In this document: positions 9,244-16,659 of the stretch, one piece after another
Layout: every line of letters starts with the position of its first letter
Position numbering within the stretch: the first letter of the stretch is position 1
NCBI GenBank assembly: GCA_965202655.1
Contig: CBDBBK010000001.1
Location: 1,461,627-1,525,626, forward strand
DNA from: Vicinamibacterales bacterium
GTDB taxonomy: Bacteria; Acidobacteriota; Vicinamibacteria; Vicinamibacterales; UBA8438
DNA length: 64,000 nucleotides
Direction of reading: 5' to 3'
Notes under the pieces: model-generated
The model's input: only the letters and a program-made list of their open reading frames with translations
Database searches by the model: none
What the model was told of the DNA's origin: nothing
Made by a program: the position numbers and the translations under genes

Positions 9244-9543
9244 ATGACAGTCCAACGCCGGCTTCGTGAACCGACCAGCCCCGGAGAGATCCTCCGCGAC
9301 GAGTTTCTTCTGCCGCTCGGCATGACGCAGAAGCAACTTGCCGACCATCTCGGCTGCGACGTGAAGGTAGTTAACCGTATCGTGAACGGACGCACGTCCG
9401 TGAGCGCGGCAATGGCGCTGAAGCTCGGCGCGACCTTCCGAACGACACCCGAGTTCTGGTTGAACGCCCAGAAAGCAGTCGACCTCCATCGCGTCTCCCG
9501 TGATGGGCTGGAGTTGCCAAAACCGATCCTGCGTGCGAGCTGA
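9244..9543 (+). CDS. higA: type II antitoxin HigA (XRE-family HTH)
   Basis: PGEILRDEFLLPLGMTQKQLADHLGCDVKVVNRIVNGRTSVSAAMALKLGATFRTTPEFWLNAQ. Confidence 0.8.
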   Translation: MTVQRRLREPTSPGEILRDEFLLPLGMTQKQLADHLGCDVKVVNRIVNGRTSVSAAMALKLGATFRTTPEFWLNAQKAVDLHRVSRDGLELPKPILRAS

Positions 9544-9572
9544 GACATGCGGAAGTTCCGCACCGGCCGGGC

Positions 9573-12500
9573 TCACGGCAAGCCGCACCCGCGCCCCTTG
9601 TAGAGGCCGACGTTGTCGATCTGCACGTCCACGTCGCTCTGCGCCAGGGTGAAAGTGATCCTCGCGTTGAAGTCCGCTTCCGGACTGATGAATCGGTGCC
9701 GGAACGGGTGGAAGTCGCGCGTCAGGCTGGCTCCCGTGCCCCGGGTCGAGCCCCCGACGGACGGATCGATGGCGGTGCCCATCAGGCTGCGGTACTCCGT
9801 CGCACCGGTATCGACGTTGACCTGAATGTAGCGGAAGTCGTCAGCTCGGGCAGAGTAGCAAAGCGTATACTCCGCCCCTTCCTCGATGACGACATTGTGA
9901 GAGAGCTGCACACGCCACGGCCGGTCGACCGTGGGTGCGTCGATGGTGAAATCGGCCTCTCCGTTCCAGGTAACGGACGCGTTCGTGAGGTTCACCCGCC
10001 AGGAGCCCTGCGCGTCGAACCTGCCGCCGCTGGTGATGAGGTTCTCTGACTCGGCCCGCGGCGCCGCGTCGACCACGTGGAATGGCAGGTCGTTGCTGAA
10101 CAGGCCCTCGGGATTCTGCACCTGCAGCATGTGCAGTCCCGTCTCCGCCGGCAGCCGACCGAGTTCGACGATCACGGTGTCGTCCTCGCACGCCGGCAGG
10201 ACGCCTGCCTCGCAGGCGACCGAACCGGCGACGCGCCGTCCGTTGACGAGCACGTAGGCGCCCGGCTGAATGTACTCGCCCCGCAACCGCATCGGTCCGG
10301 CGGCGTGCAGCTCGGGAAACTCCGCGGGGCGCCCGCCGTTGAACCTCGGCATGACGGGCAGTTCGTGCGGGTACAGGGTGGGCTGCGGATGATCGTAGTC
10401 CGCCAGGCGACCGAGGCGTCCCGTGATGGTCAGCAGCAGCTCGCCCGCCGCGGCCAGCGCCGTCAACTCGCCGCGGGTGTAGGTGGCGCCATCGCCAAGC
10501 CGGCTGCGATAGGCGCCGCCCCCGAACTGCAGCGCCAGCGAAGTGCCGGCACCCGTGTCACGGAGCCGCAGGCCCTCCGCCTGCAGGACGATCCCGCCCT
10601 CCGAGGCCGACTGCTCCAGGGCGTCCAGCAGGTTCCGGGTGGCATCGAGGTTGGCCGTCTCCGGGTTCAGGGTCACCTGCCGTCCGAGCGCGCCGGAAAA
10701 GCCGACGCTTCCCTCCACGATCATCTGGAACATGTTGTTGTTGCTGATGAAAGAACTCCGCTCCGGGAAGCCCCGCGTATCGCCACCCACGAGGTCGGCA
10801 AAGAAGAAGCGATTCTGGGGGGACGTCTTCCACCGGTCGTTGGCGCCCCGCCACGACGGTACGTCCATGCCGCTGCCGCCCATGTTGGTCATCGTCCAGA
10901 AGGGCAGGCGGTGGCAGTTGGCGCACTGCTGTTCGGAGTGGAACAGGCGGACGCCTTCCATCGCCGTCGCCGACATCGTGTTGGTATAGGGCCGCTCTGG
11001 CGACGGCGGATAGGGCACGCTGAGCAGATACCTCGCCATGGCGGCCCGCTCGACCGCCGAGAGCCGTCCGGGCTTGCCCTCGTCGTTGGTCTCGCAGTCG
11101 GACTGGTCGCACATGGTGGTGCGCAGGGCGGTTTCCATGACGTGGAGCGTGCAGCTCTCCGGGACCTCCGGATCGCAGTTCGGCTCGACCGTGTTGTTGA
11201 TGCTGGAGGTGTTGATGCCGCCGAACGGGTCACCGAGGGTGCCGTCCCAGTGATACGGGGCGCTGCCGCGCAACCCGCGAATGTCCTGCACCAGGCGCGG
11301 CTGAATCTGATCGCAACCGACGTCGCACAACGGCGTATCCAGCACCCATATCAACTGATCGGTGTGCCCGTCCGGGTGGCAGCTCGCGCAGGCGAACGTC
11401 CCGGTGCTGGACGCCTCCGCGGTGTTGAAGGCGATCCGGCCCCGCTTCAGGTCGGGATCCGTCGGGTCATGCAGGGCGATGGTGACTTCCGGCCGCGGCG
11501 AGGCGCGATTCCGAAGATCGACCAGGGACACGCTGTTGTCCAGCGCGTTCAGCACCCATGCCCGGGCCGGCGCGCCGGCCGCGGTCGTCTCCAGAGCGAC
11601 GCCGCGCGGGCCTGAACCGACATCGGCCCGGCCCAGCACGGCTCCGGTCCCGGCATCCACCGTGAAGATCCGGCCGGATGCCGACGCCGTGACCACGAGG
11701 GTTGCGTCGTCGTCGCTGACGGCGATGGCGAAGGGCGTGGCCAGCGCCGCGCCGCGCGCCGGATGGGCGGGCGGCACCGGTTCGAGTTCGAACAACGTCG
11801 GTTCACCGCAACCGCCGTCACAGGGAACGCGGGTGATCCGGTTCAGGTACGGCCGGTTCTCCAGCTCGGCAAGGCCGTGGCCCTCGGTGCCCGCCTTGCC
11901 GTTCCTGTCGTTGCGGGCTTCGGTCTGGGCAATGAAAACCCGGCCTTGCGAATCGGCGGCGATCCCGTAGAGCAGGGTGCCCAGCGTGTCCACCACCTCG
12001 ACCAGACGGTCCGTCTCGGTGTCGAACACGAAGAGGTCACGATCCGGTATCCGGGGATGCCGAACCACATCCGCGACGTAGTTCAGGGACAGGGACTGCG
12101 CGTTGCTCGGTTCCGCCTCGGTCACGTGCTCGCGGGCGTCGAACGTGCAGAGCTCGCCGTCGATGTACCGCGGCCAGCAGCCCGAGAGTTGCGTCTGGTT
12201 GTTCGACTCGAACGGCACGACATAGAGCCGGTCGCCACTGACGGTCAGCGCCCGCGGATCCTGCGCGGTCAACTCGATCAGGTACGTCAGGCTGCGCGAC
12301 GGGACGTCGATGACCGCTACCTTGTTCGACGAGGACAGCGCGACGTACGCCTTGTCGTTGCTCGCGAACGCGATGCCGACCGGCTCGTCGAACCGGGTCC
12401 GGCCGGTGCTGTCATGCCGCTGGATGGTGGCCAGCACCTGGTGTCGCGTCGGGCTGGCCGGATCGGTATCGATCACGCTGACGGAATCGGAAACGTGGTT

Positions 12501-14210
12501 GGAAACCCACACCTCCCGTCCGTCGGGACGCACTGCGATCCCTACCGGATCAATGCCGACCGGGATGCGCGCAACGAGGGAACGCGTCGCCGTATCGATC
12601 ACGTCGACGGTGTCGGAGGGCGTGTTGACGGTGTAGAGGAGGGAGGCATCCGGAAGCAGGGCAATCGGATTCGAGTACGGGCTCTCGTAGTTGATGTAGC
12701 CCACTCCCGATACCTCCGGGTCGAAGCCCGTCTCCGTGGCCGCAGCAACACCCGTCGCGGTCGTGGCGGCGCCCACGCCCACCCGGATCTCGCTCGGCGG
12801 CGTTCCTGCTCCGCCCCGACTGCCGTCAGGATCGTCGAAAGCGACCGCATCGTTGCCAGCTCCAGCGGCGCGGCGTTCGTCCGCTCCAGGGTCCTCCTGC
12901 TCGCGCAGAGGCGGCAGACCGACGGCGTGCAGCGCCTGCTCGACGGCCCGCTGGACCACGGAACCGGCCTCCAGATCGTGCGCCGACTGCCGGATGGCTT
13001 CCGCCGCGAGCGGAAACGACGTCGCCGGGGGCATCAGCGCTTCCAGCGCGCGAAGGAAGATCGCCTCGATCCGGTCGCGATTCGCGAGGCCCGCTCCCTC
13101 CACCACCAGTCCCGTCGTGAGGTTCGTCCCGCCCTCGACGGCAAGGCGAAACGCGTGGCTCAGGATCGTCGCGTTCCATCGTCCCGCCCCATCGCAGCAA
13201 TCCCCCGGCGTGCCGGCGTACTGTCCGTCCAGAAACGCGACACCCGAGTAACGCCAGCGCGCGCCATCGGCAACGAGCACGAACTCCCGGCGTGAGGCGT
13301 AGGTGTCCGGACGTCCGTGGGCCGCCCACTGATGATCTGCCGGGACGAGACGAGAGGCGGGCCGGTTCCGGGCGACAGGCGTCGAGCCAATGTCGGCGTA
13401 GGCCTGACCCACCGCATCCCCCTGAGACGACGCCAGCACGAAGCGGCCGTCCTCGCACCAGGCGGGCATCGACTGCCAGGTCCCCTCCGCAGGGACCGGG
13501 AACGTCGCGTTGTCGCAGGTGTGGGTCTGGCCGTACTCGTCCGTGAACTGCCGCGGTCCGAGCCGCGCGCCAGCCGCGAAGTCCGTGACCGCCGCGTGCA
13601 CTCGCGCCGCAGCGGAGCCGGCGCCGTTGCCTCCCGCGGGATCCTGAGCGTCCTCGACGTGCACGATGCGGCCATTCACCGCGCCGGCGAAGAACCCGCG
13701 TCCGTCGCTCGCCACGATGCGGTACGTCAGGGCGTACGTGCCGTCCGGCAGCGGCAGAATGAGAAGCTGCACCGGTCGGTCCGGCGCCAGCGTCGCGCCG
13801 GTGGCGCGTGCGACCCGCGCCGCAACCTCGGCGCCGGTCAGCAGCGAGCCCGGCTCCGGGTTGATGCCCCGGTGAATCGAGCCGAGCATCGAAACCGTCA
13901 CGCCGCGATCGAGCTGCCGCACGATGCCGCCGCCATGCACCGGCAACCCGCCGACATGCTGGACGAGGCGCTCGTGCGTGCGGCCGTCCAGAACGGGGTC
14001 CGGGCGGTGCGACGCGACGCGCAGTTCGCCGGTGCGCGTCATGCGGTCGATCACCGCATCCCAGTGTCCCAGCTCGTCGGCGGTCGACGCGTAGCCTGCC
14101 GATACCTGCACGACGCCCGACGGGGGTTGGGTAGCGGTATTCCGGCCGGTGGCGAGGATTGCCACCCCCGCGATGGTCGACGCAACGACGAGACGCGGAA
14201 CTCGACCCAC
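9573..14210 (-). CDS. 1545-aa exported mosaic protein: M4-protease-like N-terminal region (no HExxH), YVTN-type beta-propeller, di-heme cytochrome c peroxidase/MauG-like domain, IPT-like domain, C-terminal CBM4_9-like domain
   Basis: - aa 60-190: FTP/PepSY-like.
- aa 345-415: ILSHAFRLAVEGG...IEAIFLRALEALMP, resembling the thermolysin C-terminal domain, but I find no HExxH in aa 1-450.
- aa 505-900: repeats such as LYTVNTPSDTVDVIDTATRSLVARIPVGIDPVGIAVRPDGREVWVSN.
- CASCH at aa 941-945 (nt 11376-11390) and GVRLFHSEQQCANCH at aa 1096-1100 (nt 10911-10925).
- aa 1390-1545: WNGEADFTIDAP...WRVQLSH...YTLCYSARAD. Confidence 0.75.
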   Translation of the reverse strand: MGRVPRLVVASTIAGVAILATGRNTATQPPSGVVQVSAGYASTADELGHWDAVIDRMTRTGELRVASHRPDPVLDGRTHERLVQHVGGLPVHGGGIVRQLDRGVTVSMLGSIHRGINPEPGSLLTGAEVAARVARATGATLAPDRPVQLLILPLPDGTYALTYRIVASDGRGFFAGAVNGRIVHVEDAQDPAGGNGAGSAAARVHAAVTDFAAGARLGPRQFTDEYGQTHTCDNATFPVPAEGTWQSMPAWCEDGRFVLASSQGDAVGQAYADIGSTPVARNRPASRLVPADHQWAAHGRPDTYASRREFVLVADGARWRYSGVAFLDGQYAGTPGDCCDGAGRWNATILSHAFRLAVEGGTNLTTGLVVEGAGLANRDRIEAIFLRALEALMPPATSFPLAAEAIRQSAHDLEAGSVVQRAVEQALHAVGLPPLREQEDPGADERRAAGAGNDAVAFDDPDGSRGGAGTPPSEIRVGVGAATTATGVAAATETGFDPEVSGVGYINYESPYSNPIALLPDASLLYTVNTPSDTVDVIDTATRSLVARIPVGIDPVGIAVRPDGREVWVSNHVSDSVSVIDTDPASPTRHQVLATIQRHDSTGRTRFDEPVGIAFASNDKAYVALSSSNKVAVIDVPSRSLTYLIELTAQDPRALTVSGDRLYVVPFESNNQTQLSGCWPRYIDGELCTFDAREHVTEAEPSNAQSLSLNYVADVVRHPRIPDRDLFVFDTETDRLVEVVDTLGTLLYGIAADSQGRVFIAQTEARNDRNGKAGTEGHGLAELENRPYLNRITRVPCDGGCGEPTLFELEPVPPAHPARGAALATPFAIAVSDDDATLVVTASASGRIFTVDAGTGAVLGRADVGSGPRGVALETTAAGAPARAWVLNALDNSVSLVDLRNRASPRPEVTIALHDPTDPDLKRGRIAFNTAEASSTGTFACASCHPDGHTDQLIWVLDTPLCDVGCDQIQPRLVQDIRGLRGSAPYHWDGTLGDPFGGINTSSINNTVEPNCDPEVPESCTLHVMETALRTTMCDQSDCETNDEGKPGRLSAVERAAMARYLLSVPYPPSPERPYTNTMSATAMEGVRLFHSEQQCANCHRLPFWTMTNMGGSGMDVPSWRGANDRWKTSPQNRFFFADLVGGDTRGFPERSSFISNNNMFQMIVEGSVGFSGALGRQVTLNPETANLDATRNLLDALEQSASEGGIVLQAEGLRLRDTGAGTSLALQFGGGAYRSRLGDGATYTRGELTALAAAGELLLTITGRLGRLADYDHPQPTLYPHELPVMPRFNGGRPAEFPELHAAGPMRLRGEYIQPGAYVLVNGRRVAGSVACEAGVLPACEDDTVIVELGRLPAETGLHMLQVQNPEGLFSNDLPFHVVDAAPRAESENLITSGGRFDAQGSWRVNLTNASVTWNGEADFTIDAPTVDRPWRVQLSHNVVIEEGAEYTLCYSARADDFRYIQVNVDTGATEYRSLMGTAIDPSVGGSTRGTGASLTRDFHPFRHRFISPEADFNARITFTLAQSDVDVQIDNVGLYKGRGCGLP

Positions 14211-14274
14211 GGATCACTCCTGGTGCCGGCGGGGCAATCGGTCCTCCGGGCCGACCGTTCCGCGAGTATATCGC

Positions 14275-15417
14275 TCAGGGACCCGCTTCGATCAGCTCCA
14301 GCGCCAGGCCGTCGAGATCCTCGATCAGCACGGCGCGCGTATCGCCGAACGCGTAGGGACCCTCGAGGATCGGCACCCCCCGGGACTCCAGGTGAGCAAG
14401 CACCGCATCGAGGTCCGGGTAGGCGATCCCCACACGGTCGACGACCTGGCCGCGGGACCGCGTCAACGGCACGTCCAGGTCCGGACCGCAGCGGCCGTCG
14501 CGACACTGACGCGTATACCAGGCCCAACCCGCGTTCTCGAGGCGGACGCTCGCTATCGGACGCCGGAGCTGCCCCATCGGCAGGAACGACGCGTAGCTGA
14601 CATCACCGATCGGGACGTCGCACGGGTCGTACAGCGGGCGCGGGGTCAGTTCGCCCGTGTCGGGGTTGCGTTGCGGCGGCAGGGTCATGCCCAGCGTCTC
14701 GACGTACCAGTTCGCGGCGCAGAGCGGCTGTTCGTGCCAGAAATGCGTATGGCCATAGAAGAGATCCTCGGTCTCCGCATTACCGTTGAACTCGACGAGA
14801 ATCCCGTCCGGATCGACCAGATAGCCGAAGTCCTGCCCGCTCCCCCGGTCGCGCGTCGGGTTCAGGCCCTCGCGTGCGCGCCGCTCCTCCATTTCCGCCA
14901 CCGTCAGCAGTTGATCCCCGAACGGCGCGAGGCCCGAGTGCGGGACGCCGACCGTATCGTCCGGCCCGGTGAAGACCGGCAGGAAACCGAAGCGTTCCCC
15001 GTCCGGGTCGAGCGCCGTCAACCGCTCGTACAGCGCCAGACCGTCCGTGCTCGGCCCGGTCGTCCAGAACGGACTCTGCGGAATCGATTGCCGCCGTTCC
15101 GGATCGAACGCCCCGGGCGCCTGCTCGTCCACCTGCGTATACAGCAGATAGATCCCGTCGGCCGCGAACGCCGGCATTCCCGCGAAAGTCGTCCGCTCGC
15201 CCGCCGGCCAGAACGTCGACCACCAGTCGAGGGCGCGTTCCGGATCGACCGAGTTGACATGGATATGGTGAAAGCTCGGCTGCGGTAGCGTCGCGGGAAC
15301 TGGCGAGCGCGTCTCCGACGGCGTCTGACCCGCCGCATCGCCCCCAGTACCCGTCGGCGCGCCGGCGCATCCCGCGGCGACGATGACGCCAAGCAGGGCG
15401 GCGAACTTCGCCTTCAC
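14275..15417 (-). CDS. VOC (glyoxalase/bleomycin-resistance/dioxygenase) family lipoprotein
   Basis: Lipobox LLGVIVAAGC. FHHIHVNSVDPERALDWW, GYLVDPDGILVEF and VDRVGIAYPDLDAVLAHLESRGVPILEGP...VLIEDLDGLALELIE. The GTG start overlaps the upstream stop (GTGA at 15414-15417). Confidence 0.65.
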   Translation of the reverse strand: MKAKFAALLGVIVAAGCAGAPTGTGGDAAGQTPSETRSPVPATLPQPSFHHIHVNSVDPERALDWWSTFWPAGERTTFAGMPAFAADGIYLLYTQVDEQAPGAFDPERRQSIPQSPFWTTGPSTDGLALYERLTALDPDGERFGFLPVFTGPDDTVGVPHSGLAPFGDQLLTVAEMEERRAREGLNPTRDRGSGQDFGYLVDPDGILVEFNGNAETEDLFYGHTHFWHEQPLCAANWYVETLGMTLPPQRNPDTGELTPRPLYDPCDVPIGDVSYASFLPMGQLRRPIASVRLENAGWAWYTRQCRDGRCGPDLDVPLTRSRGQVVDRVGIAYPDLDAVLAHLESRGVPILEGPYAFGDTRAVLIEDLDGLALELIEAGP

Positions 15418-16514
15418 TCGCCGATGATGGCGACGCCCCAGGGTCGCTCGCCGGCCGGGATGGTGCCGACGACCTGATTGGTCTCCGTGTCGACGACGCT
15501 GACGTCGTTGGACGGGCCGTTCGCGGTGTAGAGATAGCGGCCGTCGGGGGTGATGCCGATGCCCCAGGGTCGCTCGCCCACTTCGACGGTCGACAAGGGC
15601 TGCCAGGTGGCGGCGTCGATGGTGACGACGGTGCGCCCGCGGCCGGTGGTGACGTAGACGCGGGTGCCGTCGGGAGAGACGACGACACCCATCGGGCGGA
15701 CCAGATCACCCAGATCGGAAAGGTCGATGGTGTGGAGCACCTCGTGTGCCGCCGTGTCCACCACATGGACGGTGCCGCTGTTCTCGGCCGTTACATAGGC
15801 CCGGTTGCTGTCCGGGGAGAACGCGCTGGCCCGCGGGCGGGCGCCCACCTCGAACTGCGCGACCGCTTCGTTCGTCGCCGTGTCGATGGCGGTCACCTGA
15901 TTGTCCTCTTCCGAGGTGACATAGACGACGCTGCCGTCGGGGCTGATGCGGACGCCCTCGGGCTCGCCGCCGACCGGAATCTCGGCCAGGATCTCGCCGG
16001 TCGCGATGTCGACGACGCTCGCTATCCCGGCGTCCTCGTTGGCCACATACAGCCGGGCGCCGTCATTGCTCACCGCCATCTGCTCCGGGTCGGTGCCGGC
16101 GCGGACCATGTTCACCACCTCGCCGGCCACGATGTCGACAACCCCGATGCCGTCGGCGGATCGGTCGGGGGGTGGGAGCGTGCTCTCGTCGGTGCCGGGC
16201 GGCGATGGGGGCGAGCCGCTCAGCGCGACAAACAGTTGGGTGCGGTCGGGCGACACCTTGATGCCGCGGGGCCGCTTGCCCAGTGGGATGGTGTTCACCA
16301 CCTCGTTCGTCCCACCGTTGATGACGGTCAGGTCACCGGCGTACTCGTTCGTGACATAGACGACGTACGGCGGTGCGGATGGCGCCTCGTCCATCGCCGC
16401 CGCGTCCTCGGCCGGGGCCTCGCCGCCGCCGCCGCACGCAATCGCGAACACCGCTACGAGCGCCGCCGCAGCGCCCATCCAACCGCGTGGCTCAACTGTA
16501 GTTGTCATCTTCAT
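15414..16514 (-). CDS. YVTN-family beta-propeller repeat lipoprotein
   Basis: Lipobox VFAIAC. Repeats include YVTNEYAGDLTVINGGTNEVVNTIPLGKRPRGIKVSPDRTQLFVA and LYVANEDAGIASVVDIATGEILAEIPVGGEPEGVRISPDGSVVYVT. Confidence 0.8.
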   Translation of the reverse strand: MKMTTTVEPRGWMGAAAALVAVFAIACGGGGEAPAEDAAAMDEAPSAPPYVVYVTNEYAGDLTVINGGTNEVVNTIPLGKRPRGIKVSPDRTQLFVALSGSPPSPPGTDESTLPPPDRSADGIGVVDIVAGEVVNMVRAGTDPEQMAVSNDGARLYVANEDAGIASVVDIATGEILAEIPVGGEPEGVRISPDGSVVYVTSEEDNQVTAIDTATNEAVAQFEVGARPRASAFSPDSNRAYVTAENSGTVHVVDTAAHEVLHTIDLSDLGDLVRPMGVVVSPDGTRVYVTTGRGRTVVTIDAATWQPLSTVEVGERPWGIGITPDGRYLYTANGPSNDVSVVDTETNQVVGTIPAGERPWGVAIIGE

Positions 16515-16587
16515 GGCTCCACCACAATCCGTCCCATCGCCCAGGGATGGCCCTTGCGGCGACAGGCGAGTGTTCTGGCGCGATCAC

Positions 16588-16628
16588 CAGAAAGACGAAG
16601 GGGACAGGCGCTAGTGGCGCCTGCCCCC
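16588..16628 (-). terminator. rho-independent terminator candidate downstream of the 746-aa gene
   Basis: Hairpin at 16600-16627 (GGGG-A-CAGGCGC / loop TAGTG / GCGCCTG-CCCC; 11 bp with a 1-nt bulge). On the minus strand it is followed by CTTCGTCTTTCTGG. Confidence 0.45.
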
Positions 16629-16659
16629 TCCGAACCGTTACGAACGAACCCGGCGCGCC

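Noticed and set aside
9549-9561. GCGGAA-G-TTCCGC inverted repeat between the convergent higA and the 1545-aa gene, as a possible bidirectional terminator.
   Set aside because: The effective stem is only ~5 bp with a minimal loop and no flanking T/A tracts, so it is too weak to call.
10077-11615. Very long ORFs antisense to, or out of frame with, recognised genes. Examples: 10077-11615 (+), 11763-13295 (+), 12826-14217 (-), 16693-18567 (+), 18991-20769 (+), 20670-21965 (+), 22085-23689 (+), 24433-25893 (-), 25373-27109 (-), 30616-31965 (+), 38353-39570 (-), 40695-42554 (-), 42777-44516 (-), 59961-62033 (+), 59665-60888 (-).
   Set aside because: Their translations are Arg/Gly/Ala/Pro-rich and low in complexity, with no motifs. 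Each lies opposite or overlapping a gene with clear family signatures. Stop-poor alternative frames are expected at this GC content.
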